DNA of 64,000 nucleotides from Hemiscyllium ocellatum (GCF_020745735.1 NC_083414.1:73532968-73596967), one strand, 5' to 3'; positions 38,301 through 52,120 are shown, counted from the stretch's first letter. Notes: generated by a model not told the origin, from the letters alone. Translations and numbers: made by a program.

Positions 38301-39720
38301 CTTTGCAAAAGCCAGCTCCTTCTTTGCCGTCTGCGTGAGCACAGAATTTAGTGTAGACTGCAGTGCCGTAATCCTCTGTAGTTTGACCAATGAGGGTCTG
38401 TCAAAATAGGCCTTCTCGGCTGCCTTCAACTGTGCTTCAAGGAGACATTGCTGCTCACCCTTCTGCTGCTTCCTACTTGTGGAATATGAAATAACTAACC
38501 CTCTGGCATAAGCTTTGGCAGTTTCTCAGAGAACAGATGAGCTATCAACAGAGTCTATGTTGATGTCTAGGAATGCCTGAAATTCACTAGAGAAATACTC
38601 CACAAACTTGCTGTCCATGAGAATAAAGGGGTCCATTCGCCACCTTGAATCCACTGTAACAGCCTTAATTTTAACCATGAGGTACACTGGAGCATGATCA
38701 GAGATGGCAATATTACCAATTGTAAAGGATGCCACCAGATCCAGGGTTACTGCAGAGGTCAGAAAAAAATCAATCCTTGTGTGACATCTATGCGGATTGG
38801 AGAAAAACGTGAAATCCCTACCTGTAGGGTGGAGACACCTCCAGACGTCCACCAACCCTAATTCCCCACACAGACCCAATAACTGTTTAGTTTGTGCAGA
38901 GGGTATTGAGGGACCTTTAGGCAACCTGTCTACTGTGGGATCCATGAGACAGTTAAAATCTCCCCTATAGTGTGCTATGACTTTGGACTTATCAATTTAG
39001 AAAAAGCATCTACCAAATATTTAAGGGGATGAGCCTGGGGGACAATAAGCATTTAAAGCACCGTATTCTTCCCCATTTATCAAGGCTTTAAGAATTACAA
39101 ACTGCCTGGATGTGTCTTTAACACATTCCAGAAATTTAAATGGGGGATTTTTCCTAACCAATATGGCCACTCCCCTACTTCTGGTATTAAATGATGAAAA
39201 ATAAGCTCGGTCAAAGCTATTCTGCTGTAATTTCAGATGCTCATTGTCATCCAACTGTGTCTTCTTTAACAAAGCAATATCCACCTTATTTCTAAGACTC
39301 AAGAGTACCTTCTTCCTCTTAATTGGTGAGTGACTTCCCTTGATATTCCAGGTACACTATTTAATCAAATCATTGACCATAATTTTCTGCAATTACATTT
39401 AAATTCCAGAGGGAAGGATCCCGAATCACAAACTGCTGAGCCTTAGTGTCGTATGATCCACCAAATATAAAAACTACATAAACTAAAACCTCTATATTTA
39501 ACAAACCTACAAAATTATTAAAAATGAAAAAACAAAAAAACAGTCCAACATATAAAGCGCCAACAGCGCTGAGTAGGGGAACTCACCCCCTGCCCAGAGG
39601 GGGCAACTACCCATCCCGAACTGCCCATAAATAGGCATCTAACCACCCCAACCACCTTCACTTCTCTCAGCTAGAGCTGCACTGCAAACACAAGCTGAAA
39701 AGAATAAACACCCATAGAAT
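35345..39720 (-). mobile_element. L1/Tx1-clade LINE, disrupted ORF2 (AP endonuclease + RT)
   Basis: Minus-strand SRGVAILV, TRIDFFL..ISDHAPV (APE); KAPGPDGLPSEFYK, YRPISLLNVDFKIL, DAEKAFD, GSRQGCPLSP (RT); many frameshifts; A-rich 3' end near 35345. Confidence 0.92.
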
Positions 39721-40805
39721 ATTGATATGAATAAAAAAACATTCTTCACGCAGCGAATAGTGAGGGAATGAAATGCATTAGTTCGAAATGTAGAGGAGGC
39801 AGGTTCAGTTGAGGCATTCAATAGGTTGTTTTTTTGGGTGGAAATGATATGCAGGGATAGGGGACAAAGACCAGAGATTGGCAGTGTGGAATGATGCTCA
39901 TTTGAAGAGTAATTTCAGACTCCCTGTGCAGGCTGGGTAATACAGAAACACGTGGACTTTTCACAGGGAAAAGAATGTACTGGATTCCCACACCTTCCCT
40001 GGCACTCCTGACCGCATTGACCTCCTTGTGCAATGTTCCCAGGAGCAGAGAATGGGAGATTCCCTCTGTTTCCTCAAGCCCCTACATCCTTACAGTTTGC
40101 ACAATGCGGTGTTCGAGCTCAGTGCTCCTTGGTGTAGGGCTGGACTATTTGACTGCACTCCCTGATTGGATATCTCAATGGACCTGTCCCTCAGGCACTA
40201 ATGTCTGCAGCATTACCTTCTTGGAGACTAAGGGAAACAGTGGCCAGCATATTTCTTCAGAGCAGCTGACCCACATTGAGGGAGTCTGCTAAAGACAGAT
40301 CTGCATTGTCTTAGCACTTCTCAGGACCTAACACAGCCAGTGATGGACATTCTGGAATGTAGTAACTGCTGTATACGCAACAGCCAGTGCACACAGCAAG
40401 CTCCCTTCTCCTGCTACAGAAATCCTCAGATTTTTTTTCTTGGATGGACAGGTACCATTTTTACTCTCATGGAAACACTGCTCTTTCAACTCCCCCATTC
40501 ACTCTTCCTACCTTTACCCTGACAATGGTACCTCCCCGCCAATTTGTGAGCACAGTTTCATTCCCCTGAAAAACCTTGCGTGCAGCCTCTGCATTTATCT
40601 GTCTGGTGCATGTTTTTCAACAAAGCAACCTAGAATGTTCGAGTTTTGTACTTCCAGCCTTTTCCCTTTTGTAATTCTATTCACATTTTGCCTTGTGCTC
40701 CTCTCTCTGTGCTCCCAGCATTTCCACTCCAGCATTTCCCAAAATGTACTAGTCTGAACCCTCACACATCCACAGGAGATCTCAGAGAATTGCAGAACCC
40801 TTAAA

Positions 40806-40806
<1 letters not shown>

Positions 40807-40842
<36 letters not shown>
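40807..40842. repeat. (GA)n microsatellite
   Basis: Direct. Confidence 0.95.
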
Positions 40843-40847
<5 letters not shown>

Positions 40848-41054
40848 GAGTGGGTGGAGAAAGGATATTTCAGCCGGTGGCTGTGGGATATAGAACCAAG
40901 GGAAACCATTTCATAATAAAAGGGAAGCTATTTTGGACTGAGATGAGGAATTTCTTCACCCAGAGGTGGTGAATCTTTGGAATTGTCCATCCTGAAGGGC
41001 ATTGGGAGCTTGGTCATTGAGTACATTCAAGTGAGAGATTTGTAGTTACTAATG

Positions 41055-41380
41055 CCAGCATGGCTCAGTGGTTAGCACTGCTGCATCCCAGTGCCAGGGG
41101 CCCAGGTTCAGTTCCAGCCTCAGGTGACTGTCTGTGTGGAGTTTGCACATTCTCCCCGTGTCTGCTTGTGTTTCCTCTGGGTGCTCCGGTTTCCTCCCAC
41201 AATCCAAAGATGTGCAGGTTCGGTGAATTGGTTGTGCTAGATTGCCCATAGTGTTCAGGGATGTGTAGGTTTGGTGCATTAGAGTAAATGTAGAGTAATA
41301 GGGTCAGGGAATGGTTTAGGTGGGTTAAACTTCAGAGGATCAGTGTGGACTTGGTGGCCTTTTCCACACTAGGGATTCTC
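41055..41380 (+). mobile_element. HE1-type V-SINE
   Basis: Head, V-domain and tail. Confidence 0.85.
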
Positions 41381-41994
41381 TGACATCAAGGGACATTGGA
41401 GAGATGGTGTTGACATAGATGAATGACTGTGATCTAGATGAATTTGAGGCGCTGAATGGTCTATTCTTTCTCATATTTCCTATGTTCCTTAATTCACAGA
41501 CCAAATATTCTGTCTCCTTGACCATTCTGCTCCAAGTCTCCCAAAATACTGACCTCAATATTTTACATCCCTCATGGTTTTCTAACAGTAACTTTCGGGT
41601 AAACAACTCAGGAAATGTCTGCAGTACATCTCCAAATCAGGGAGGCTATATCAGTGCGGGCGTGCATCTGTTCTTATATAACCCAGAAGCACGGTTTTCT
41701 TAATCTTAGGGACCTCGCCAACTTCAAACTCATTTACACATCGTTCTGTCTGAAATATTCGAGTATCATTGAGGGGCATGTCTCATATTGTAGACTTTTT
41801 GGCAATGACGATTAAAATTAAACTGCAGGGAAAATGTTTCATGTGCAAAAAGAGCCCAACATGCTTGATTGATATCTAAAGGATAACTCCACATTAAGCA
41901 AAGAAGCTTTGGGATTATTATTGGATGTTTAACAATTTACTGCCTCTAGAGTGTCATGGTTGCAAAGATAAACTAATATCCAGTGACTATAATA

Positions 41995-43035
41995 GTTGAA
42001 GTTAAAATCACACAACACCAGGTTATAGTCCATCAGGTTAGTGTGGAAGTACTGGCTTTTGGAGCGCTACTCCCTCATCAGGTAGCTAGTGGAGCAGGAT
42101 CATAGGACATAGTATTTATAGCAAAAGATCATAGTGTCATACAACTGATGCGATATATTGAACAAACCTAGATTGTTATTAAGCCTTCCATCTTTTAGAA
42201 TAGGTTACAGGTTTCGATTCATTAATATGTAAATCCCAGAATTTCTTTCAAGTCACATTCCTGAGATAAATTAAAGTTTTAATTAAGAAAGTGACATCTC
42301 GGCTCAGATAATGCATTAAAGGTGTGAGATTAGAGTCTGTCTGGATTCCAATCTTCACTCAGACTGGTTCTAATTTCAAAATAAGAATTTATAAAATGTC
42401 ACATCGATTGACTGCCTACAGATTGTGTGCTTTTTCAGCAAAATACAATGTATCTGCAAATACAATTCTGCAAATGCAAATTCACCCCATAGACTTATAT
42501 ATGGTATGTGTATGATCCTGTGAGGGAGTGAGACAGAGAGTGTGTGTGTGTGTAATGGAGTATATGCCTGTCAGAGGGTGTGCGCGTGGGTAAGTGTCTG
42601 AGAGAGAGAGTCTGTGTGAGTTTGTATGAGTGTGTTTGTATGTGTGTGAGTGTGAGTGTGTAGTGTAATAGGGTCATCTGTAATGTGACATGAACCCAAG
42701 GTCCCAGTTGAGGCGATCCTCATGGGTACCATACTTGGCTATCAGCCTCTGCTTGTGTTGTTGTGTATGCCCAAGTGCCTTGGTGGACATTCACCTGAAC
42801 ATCCAAGGCTGAATGTCCCTAACCACTGAAGTGTTTTCTGACCGGGAGGGTCTTTCTTGTCTGGTGACTGTTATGCGGTGTCCATTGATCTGTTATGGAG
42901 TCTGCTTGGTCTTGCCAATGTATCAAACCTTGGGGCATCTCAACCTGCAGCGTATGAGACAGACAACGTTGGCCGAGTCACATGAGTACCTGCCAAGTAC
43001 AGGTGGGTGGGGTCCCCATGTGTAATGGTGGTATC
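41995..43035 (-). mobile_element. Penelope-like element remnant (GIY-YIG + pLTR with decayed hammerhead 42050-42084); resumes ~44560-44800
   Basis: YSCDSANVVCLIRC on - strand; pLTR homologous to 46385-46505 and 62340-62430. Confidence 0.8.
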
Positions 43036-43046
43036 CATGTAAATAT

Positions 43047-44220
43047 AGAGTCATAGAGATGTACAGCATGGAAACAGACCCTTCGGTCCAACCCATCCAT
43101 GCTGACCGGATATCCCAACCCAATCTAGTCCCACCTGCCAGCACCCGGCCCATATCCCTCCAAACCCTTCCTATTCATGTACCCATCCAAATGCCTCTTA
43201 AATGTTGCAATTGTACCAGCCTCCATGACTTCCTCTGGCAGCTCATTCTATACACATACCACCCTCTGCATGAAAATGTTGCCCCTTAGGTCTCTTTTAT
43301 ATCTTTCCCCTCTCACCCTAAACCTATGCCCTCTAGATCTGGACTCCCCGATCCCAGGGAAAAGACTTTGCCTATTTACCCTATCCATGCCCCTCATAAT
43401 TTTGTAAACCTCTATAAGGTCACCCCTCAGCCTCCGACACTTCGGGGAAAACAGCCTCAGCCTGTTCAGCCTATCCCTATAGCTCAAATCCTCCAACTCT
43501 GGCAACATCCTTGTAAAGTTTTTCTGAGCCCTTTCAAGTTTCACAACATCTTTCCGATAGGAAGGAGACCAGAATTGCACGCAATATTCCAACAGTGGCC
43601 TAACCAATGTCCTGTACAGCCGCAACATGACCTCCCAACCCCTGTACTCAATACTCTGACCAATAAAGGAAAGCATACCAAACGCGTTCTTCACTACCCT
43701 ATCTACCTGCGACTCCACTTTCAAGGAGCTATGAACCTGCACTCCAAGGTCTCTTTGTTCAGCAACACTCCCTAGGACCTTACCATTAATTGTATAAGCC
43801 CTGCTCTGATTTGCCTTTCCAAAATGCAGCACCTCACAGTTATCTGAATTAAAACTCCATCTGCCATTTCTCAGTCCATTGGCCCATCTGGTCCAGATCC
43901 TGTTGTAATCTGAGGTAATCCTCTTCGCTGTCCACTACACCTCCAATTTTGGTGTCAACTGCAAACTTACTAACTGTACCTCTTATGCTCGCATCCAAAT
44001 CGTTTATGTAAATGACAAAAAGTGGAGGACCCATTATTGATCCTTGTGGCACTCCACTGGTCACAGGCCTCCAGTCTGAAAAACAACCCTCCACCACCAC
44101 CCTCTGTCTTCTACCTTTGAGCCAGTTCTGTATCCAAATGGCTAGTTCTCCCTGTATTCCATGAGATCTAACCTTGCTAATCAGTCTCCCATGGGGAACC
44201 TTGTCGAACACCTTACTGAA
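43047..44220 (-). mobile_element. CR1 LINE fragment inserted in the PLE
   Basis: [35 protein letters not shown]. Confidence 0.93.
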
Positions 44221-44557
44221 GGTGGTTGCTGGGAGATTGTTTCTGTCAGGCAGGGATACTAGGACTTGTGGGCACAGCCTTAGATTTAGAGGGGGTCAAT
44301 TTAAAACGGAAATGAGAGACACTTCTTCAGCCAGATAGTGGTGGGCCTGTGAAATTCATTGTCAAGGAGCACAGTGGAGGCCGGAACATTAAATGCTTCC
44401 ATGCAGTGATTGATGAATTCTTAATCTCGCAAGGAATTAAGGTCTATGGGGAGAGTGTGGGTAAGTGGTGTTGAAATGTCCATCAGCCATGATTGAATGG
44501 CGGAGTGGACTCGATGGGCCGAATGGCCTTACTTCCACTCCTATGTCTTATGGTCTT
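44221..44557 (+). mobile_element. CR1 3' fragment (second subfamily)
   Basis: Same subfamily as 59660-60250 in the opposite orientation; tail tcttatggtctta. Confidence 0.8.
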
Positions 44558-45499
44558 AAAGGTGAGAAATGGAGGTATAGGGAAGGTCTTGGTGAGGTGC
44601 TCATCTTCATTGACAATGTGTTGCAGGATGCGAAGAACATGGCGTAGTTTCACCATTCCCGGGAAGTACTGGACAACGAAAGGTATCCTATCGGTTGCAT
44701 CCCGTGTCTGTCTCCTGAGGAGGTCATTACGGTTTCTTGCTGTGGCATGTCGGAACTGGTGATCAATGAATTTAGCATCGTAATCTGTTCTTATGGGGTT
44801 GGTCTTCAGGCATTGAGAACCGAAGAGGGTGTTGGTTGGAGAGGGGGTTGGTGGGAAGGGAAGGAGACAGAATAAGAATTCCTCAGTCCACTGTCACCCA
44901 CATAGGCATTCAATGTGCAAAGTGCATTTAGTCCTTGTGTATCCTTAATTTCCCTGCTTGTTTGTAATAGCCTGATGCCAGTGGAATAAAGAATCCATGC
45001 TTCATGAACTTTAGACTGTAAGTCTGCTCAACACCTCAATAACAGCAACTAACGTGATATACACAATAATGAACAATCGTTTAGGCAAAAATTTTCTCAG
45101 GAACCTTTAACGAGTGGGTTTACGTGCTTTGGATCTTCATGAGCACACAAAGGAAAATCGGATTGCCACGTGGTTACAGCTAGTTTTGGCTGAATGCGTT
45201 CAACAATTCCTGAGATTTCCCACAAATATAGAACACATATTAAACATTACAGCGCAGTACAGGCCCTTTGACCCTCGATGTTACATCGACCTGTGAAAAT
45301 AATCTGATGCCCGTCTAACCTACACCGTTCCAATGAATTCAGGTTGAGATTATAATTAGACACGAGGCTGTAACAACTTTCCACAGTCCCCAGTTTCCAA
45401 TGTGACGTTCTTACACTCAGGCTATAATTGTTGCAGCTTATTGCATGAATGTTATCTCTCACACTGAAGGAAATGAACCATCTGGGTTGTTATTGAGGG

Positions 45500-45790
45500 G
45501 AAGATTGTGGTGTCATGGTGAGGTTACTGAAGGAGTAAACTAGTAAGCTCAGTAAATAATGACTGTAACAATTACTGTCAATTGTTGCAGAACCCTGGCT
45601 AGTTCACTCATGTCCTTTAGGGAAATCTGCTGCCCTTACCTGGTCTGATCTACTTTTGATTCTAGACCCAAGCGGTGTGATTGACTCCTAACTTCCCTCT
45701 GATATGGTTGAATGAGCAAGGGCAAAGAAGGTAGGGAAACAATGGCTGGTGTTTCTGGTGATGCCCATGTCCCACTCAAGGGTCATAAGG
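45500..45790 (+). mobile_element. SacSINE1/DeuSINE-like SINE
   Basis: gttcactcatgtcctttagggaaatctgc..cttacctggtctg core. Confidence 0.55.
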
Positions 45791-46436
45791 AAAGAGCTGG
45801 GTGATGGTTGTGTTCTGCAGAAGTATGAGTCCCAGCAGCAAGCCATATCACTGGGACTGGGAAACAGGGACTTATCCGAGAACATCTATCCACAAGCGAG
45901 GTAAATGAGACGGAGAGCTTGTGCTCTGGGTGATCAGGAAGGGTGGGATAGAAGATGGGCTGTGACTCCTTTCAAAACATCAAGTCCATCACAAATCCTT
46001 CTGATGAGGTGTTTGATCAGGACCAAGAGGAATATTTCTAGGAGTACCTTGGAAATAAAGATGGGACAAATGCAAGATCTGCCTGTCCCTCATCTCCCTT
46101 TCCCTCCATCTTCCTGCCCCTCATCAGCCTGTTGTAGCCTAGTGTCCCTCTAAATACCATGCATCTCATGTGGCAGTGTCTCCACATAGAATTGAACAAT
46201 CACCTCATAACTCACCAAACCGGAGTGAAAATTAGTTATCCTTGAACCGGACGGATTGGCTAAGGAGGAGATAACTGTATTATTTCCTCCAACCTAATCC
46301 ATTCCTGATCCTGGTAGAATATTTCCCACATCACCAGTCATCCTCAAAGCAGAGGTCATGATTTGGAGACGCTGGTGTTGGATAAAGTTAAAAATCACAC
46401 AACACCAGGTTATAGTCCAACAGGTTTAATTGGAAG

Positions 46437-46471
46437 CACTAGCTTTCAGAGCGCTGCTCCTTCATCAGGTG
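46437..46471 (-). ncRNA. Minimal type-I hammerhead ribozyme (family B)
   Basis: CAC-CUGAUGA-aggagcagcgcucu-GAAAGCUA-GUG. Confidence 0.72.
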
Positions 46472-46829
46472 GTTGTGGAGGACACAGTTGTAAGACACAG
46501 AATTTATGGCAAACGTTTACAGTGTGATGTAACTGAAATTATACATCGAAAAATACTGATTGTCTGTTGAGTCTTTCATCTGTTCGAATACCATGTTAGT
46601 TTCACTTCTTTCATGTGTAAATCACAAAACTTTTTAAAAAATGTTACAATCTCAGGTAACAATTGGTGTTAGCTCGACAATATGTTGAAGGTGTTCTCGG
46701 TCTGTGCCATAATGTTTAGACTGATTCTAATCTAAAAAGTGAGATAACAGAGTCTTATATTAATTCATGCAGTTTTTGAGCACAGTACAATGTAACTCTG
46801 CTAGTACAAATTCACCCCACAAACGTATA

Positions 46830-46871
<42 letters not shown>

Positions 46872-47780
46872 TGTCTGTCTGGGTTGGGGGGTTGTGAGTG
46901 TGCGAGAGAGTATATATATGTGTGTGCGTGAGTGTAGAGTGGTCTAAGTCTGTGAGAGGATGAATGTATGAGTGTGGGAGTGTGCGTGTCTGTGTGTATG
47001 TGTGTGTAAGAGTGTGCATGTGGGTGTGTGTAGGAGTATCTGTGTGTGTGTATAGTGCAATGATGGTCACCTGTAGTGTGACATGAACCCAAGGTCCTGG
47101 TTGAGGCCCTCCCTATGGGTACCGAACTTAGCTATCAGCCTCTGCTCACATTTCGCTGCTGCCTGTCCCGAAGTTCGCCTTGGAGAATGGTCACCCGAAG
47201 GTCTGAGGTTGAATGTCCTGGACCACTGAAGTGTTCCCCAACTGACACTCTACACTCACACACACCCTTAGAGACACACACCCTCCCACATGCATCCTTT
47301 CAGAGACTTAGACCACTCTACACTCACGCATACACATTTACACTCTCTGTCACAGACACTCACAACCACCCACCCCCACTCCTGTCTGTTGATTGTTGTG
47401 CGGTGCCCATTCATCCATTGTCGTAGCCTTTGCTCGGTTTCCCCAATGTATCATGCCCCCGGGCATCCTTGCCTGCAACCTATAAGATAGACAACGTTGG
47501 CTGAGTCACATGAGTACCTGCCACATTATTGGGGGGAGATGTCCCCACGTGTAATGGTGGGTATCGATGCCCATACTCTGACATGTCTTGCAGCGCCTAC
47601 CATGACAGGGTTGTATGGAAGCCAGGCAGCTTGCTCCGAATAATGATCTATTTGAGGTTTGGCGGTTGTTTAAAGGCGAGTAGTGGAGGTGTGGGGAAGG
47701 TCTTGGTGAGGTGCTCAACCTCGTTGATAATGTGTTGCAAGTCACGAAATTCTGTGCCTTACAATTGTGTCCTCCACAAC

Positions 47781-47815
47781 CACCTGATGAAGGAGTAGCG
47801 CTCCGAAAGCTAGTG
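47781..47815 (+). ncRNA. Minimal type-I hammerhead ribozyme (family B)
   Basis: CAC-CUGAUGA-aggaguagcgcucc-GAAAGCUA-GUG; palindromic AGCU at stem III. Confidence 0.75.
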
Positions 47816-47998
47816 CTTCCAATTAAACTTGTTGGACTATAACCCGGTGTGGTGTGATTTTTACCCTTGTAGCAGAGGGACCGCCTTTGGTAACAGGAGG
47901 TTGTCCAGCACACAGAGAGAAGTCAAATTCAGAAATAAGTTGTGAATTATTTAGCTCTCATTCGCCAGTGGACAGAAACATTTCTTAATTGTCAAATC

Positions 47999-48215
47999 TC
48001 TACAGTGTGGCGTCGAGTCCCATCCCACCCAGATCCACCCTATCCCTGTTACCCTGCATTCCTCGTGGCTAATCCACCTAACCTGCACATCTTTGGACTG
48101 TGGGAAGAAACCGGAGACACGGGGGGAATGTGAAAACTCCACACAGTTGCCTGAGGGTGGAAACAAACGTGGATCTCAGGTGCTATATGGCAGCAGTGCT
48201 AACCACTGTCACCCA
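47999..48215 (-). mobile_element. HE1-type V-SINE
   Basis: Reverse-complement head ggcagcagtgctaaccactgt and V-domain. Confidence 0.75.
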
Positions 48216-48294
48216 GTTCTTCATCAAATCGTTGTAACTAGACACTGTGAATAGCATAACTTCCTGTGGCAGGGCATTTAGGAATATGGAAAAT

Positions 48295-48472
48295 CCAGGT
48301 ATCAATAACAAGTATTTTACATGGCCAAGACTTTATAATAACATAGTGCAGTTCTGTAAAACAAGTCAAACATGTCAGATAGTAGGAAAACCTCAATGTG
48401 TAATTAAACAAGAACTTTTGATATCTGTACCAGTTTTTGAAGAACCATTCAGTTAAGTGTTAGATTGCATCA
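48295..48472 (+). mobile_element. Gypsy LTR-retrotransposon integrase zinc-finger fragment
   Basis: YFTWPRLYNNIVQFCKTSQTCQIVGKP..LISVPVFEEPFS*VLDC resembles the Gypsy integrase H2C2/core junction. Confidence 0.7.
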
Positions 48473-48499
48473 GACGGAATCCTGTGACATGCCATTAAT

Positions 48500-49690
48500 T
48501 ACATCTTGCCAACCAGAAAATGATCAATTCATGCTGTTTCTTGTTCACTAACCGATGCCCTATTGATGCCAATATGTGATTCCCTGCGCAACAGACTTTT
48601 ATTTTCCAGAAATGACCTTGATGTGCCGTCTGATCAAAAACCTTGTAGAACTCAAAGTGCAGTATGCCCATGAGGTAGCCTTACATGCCACCTCCTCAAC
48701 ACACTCAAGTAAATCAGTTAAACGTGATTTCCCCTTCCCTAAAGTATGTTGAATCTGTTTAATTACCTTCAAATTGTCCAAGTGTCCTGTAAAAACATCT
48801 TCAGTAATAGCTTCTAACATCTTCCCTGACCCAAATATTGAGCTAAATGGCCTGTTTTGTGTCTATTTTCCTCTTTATTACATTTGCTATTTTGTGATCT
48901 GGTGGTATGTTCCATGATACTAAGGAATTTTGGAAAATTAAAATTAATTCATCAACTAAGCTACTTCCAATCCTTTTTTTATCCTTGATAAAGCCCAATT
49001 GGGGTCAAAGACTTGACAGCACACCTTTCCGACAATTTATATGAGGTGACAGTAATTCCCTTAAGTTCCTGCCTTTCTTCCATTTTCTGATTTAAAGCTA
49101 TTTCTGGGACATTACTACATCCTGCATGGTAAATCTTAATGTGAAATACCTGTCCAATTCATCTGCCACCTCCTTATTTTCCAATTATTAATTTGCCAGA
49201 CTCACTTGATATAAGAACAAAAATTAATTGTTAATGACTTGCTTTTAAATATCTATGGAAACTCTTAGAACAGTTTTCTATTTCTATCAAGCATTCTTTC
49301 ATATATTAAGCTTTTCCTTTTTATTTGTCCTTTTAGTCATTTTTGTTATTTTTTTTCTGTTTCTGTCCAAACTTCTGACCTGCTACTAACTTTTGTGCAA
49401 TTGTATGTATTTTCTTTAAATTTGATATGGCCTTTAAATCTTTTAGTTAACCGGGAATTGTGGATTTCCCCCCACCTTGAGATTTTTATTTCTCATCGGA
49501 TTATGTCTATTCTGTGTACTCTGAAATATCTCCTTAAATGTCTTTTGTCTGCATAGCTATTGATTGTGCCTTAACTTAATCTCCCAATGCACTATGGCAA
49601 GAACTGCTTTCATGTACTCATAACTGTCTTTTTTTTATATTGGACCCAATCTCCTCTTTCTCATAACAAATGTAAAATTCAATTATAGTT
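48500..49690 (-). mobile_element. Old CR1 fragment
   Basis: KGKSRLTDLLECVEEV on - strand. Confidence 0.6.
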
Positions 49691-50144
49691 GCTGCTACCA
49701 GGGGGTAGGGATGCATTGCCATGATCCTGAGAATGTGATATTGGGGGAAGCTTCCCTGATGTTGATGGAGGTGATGGTGTTTATGCAGGTTTCCCCTTCA
49801 CCTGTGAAGCACAACCTTGGTGTCAGTGCCTCCTTCCAGGATCTTTGGAGTGTTTATGTCCCTCTTTCTCTCCACAAGCCAATTGTCCTCACTCTCCATG
49901 TCTGTCTTTCCTCCTGCTCTTCTCTCTTTCTCCCCTCCACTCTCATTTGCTCTCTCTCTCCCTGTTTCCTCATTTCTCTGCATCCCTTCTTCCTCCCCCC
50001 CTTCCTTCTCCTCCTCTTCTGTCTCTGCCCGCTTTCCCTCTTTCTCAATAAGGACTTAAAGAACGAACAATGCCAGAGATATCGATACTCGGAAAGTATT
50101 AGTATGAGTGCTGGTTGATTTAAAAAGAACACTGTTGCATAACT

Positions 50145-50422
50145 GGGTGGCACGGTGGCACAGTGGTTAGCACTGCTACCTCACAGCACCAGAGACCCGG
50201 GTTCAATTCCCGCCTCAGGCGACTCTCTGTGTGGAGTTTCCACATTCTCCCCGTGTCTGCGTGAGTCCAAAAATGTGCAGGTTAGGTGAATTGGCCATAC
50301 AAAGTTGCCCGTAGTGTTAGGTGAAGGGATAAATGTAGGGGAATGGGCCTGGGTGGGTGGTGGGTTGGTGTGGACTTGTTGGGCTGAAGGGCTGTTTCCA
50401 CATTGTAAGTAATCTAATCTAA
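50145..50422 (+). mobile_element. HE1-type V-SINE
   Basis: Head, partial V-domain, aatct tail. Confidence 0.88.
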
Positions 50423-50469
50423 TAACTCTAGGGAAACAGCACAGTGTTTGAGCCATGGTTGGAACATTC

Positions 50470-52120
50470 AACACTGACATGAGGAATAAGAGAATGATCA
50501 GAGAGAAAGGCTGATCAAGGATATTGGAGGGAACTTGTGCCTGGAGTCTGAAGAGGTAGGGGAGTCCCTAAATGAGTTTTTTTGCTTCAGTATTCATTAG
50601 AGAGAGGGGCCGTGTTGATAGTGAAAACACCGTGGACCAGGTTAATAGGCTTGAACAGATTGATATTAAGAAAGTGGGTGCTGGAAATTCTGGGAAGCAT
50701 CAAGATAGATAAGTTCCCAGGGTTGGACCAGATAAATCAAAGCGCACTATGTGAAGTGAGGAATGAGATTTCTGTGCCTCTGGCGATGATCTTTGCATTC
50801 TCACTCTTCACGGGCAGTAGCACTGGGTGATTGAGGGAGGTGAATGTTGTTCCTCTGTTCAAGAAAGGAAATGGGGAAATCCCTGGGAATTACAGACCAG
50901 TCCGTCTTATGTCTGTGGTAAGCAAGGCACTGGAAAGGATTCTGAGAGATAGGAATTATGACTATTTGGAAAACACAATTTAATTAAGGGTAGTCAGCAT
51001 GACTTTGTGAGGGCAGGTCATGTCTCACAAATCTTATTGAGTTCTTTGAGGATGTGACAAGTTGACAAACAGTGGATGTGGTGGATATGAATTTCAGTAA
51101 GGCCTTTGATAAGGTTCCCCATTGTAGTCTCATTCAGAAAGTAAGAAGGTATGGGATACAGGGAAATGTGGCTGTCTGGATACAGAATTGGCTGGCCAAT
51201 AGAAGACAGCGAGTGGTAGTGGATGGAAAGTATTCTGCCTGGAGGTAGGTGACCAGTGATGTCCCACAGCGCTCTGTTCTTGGGTCTCTGCTTATAGGTA
51301 TTATAAGTTACTTGGATGAAGAAGTGGAAGGGTGCATTAGTAAGTTTGCCGATGACACAAAGGTTGTTGATAGTGTCGAGGGCTGTTGCAGGCTACATGA
51401 AGACATTGACGATGCAGATCTGGGCTGAGAAGTGGTAGATAGAGTTCAACCTCGATAAATGTGAAGTGATTCATTTTGGAAGGTTGAATTTGAATGCTGA
51501 TTATAGGGTTAAAGACAGGATTCGTGGCAGTGTGGAGGAACAGTGTAATTTTGGGATCCACATACATAGATTACTCTAAGTTGCCACCCAAGTTGATAGG
51601 GTTGTTAAGAAAGCATGTGGTGTTTTGGCTTTCATTAACAGGGGGAGTGAGTTTAAGAGCCGTGAGGTTTTGTTGCAGCTCTAGAAAACCCTGATTAGAC
51701 CACACGTGGAATATTGTGTCCAGTTTTGGTCACCTCATTACAGGAAGGATGTAAATGCTTTACAGAGGGTGCAGAGGAGATTTACCACGGATGTTGCATG
51801 GATTGGAGGGCATGTCTTACGAATAGAGGTTGAGTGAGCTAGGGCTTTTCCCACTGGGGAAAAGAAGGATGAGAGGTGACTTGATAGAGGTGTTCAAGGT
51901 AATGAGAGGCATAGATAGAATAGATAGCCAGAGACTTTTCCCGAGGGCAGAAATGGCAGTTACGAGAGGTCATAATTTTAAGGTGATTGGAGGAAGGTAT
52001 AGGGGAGATGTAAATCGAGGGATGTGTAGGTTAGCTTGATCTTAGATTAAAATAAATGACACAACATCGTGGGCCGTAGGGCCTGTAGTGTGCTGTACTG
52101 TTCTTTGTTGTATGTTCTAT
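50470..52120 (+). mobile_element. CR1 LINE, decayed RT
   Basis: cctgggaattacagaccagt, aaggcctttgataaggttccc, aagtttgccgatgacacaaag; related to 18480-20033. Confidence 0.9.

Larger units (their letters stand above)
46355..47862 (-). mobile_element. Penelope-like element remnant bounded by inverted pLTR segments
   Basis: 46385-46505 is the reverse complement of 47748-47862; PCHGRRCKTC and GIY-YIG remnants inside; internal (GT)n. Confidence 0.82.
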
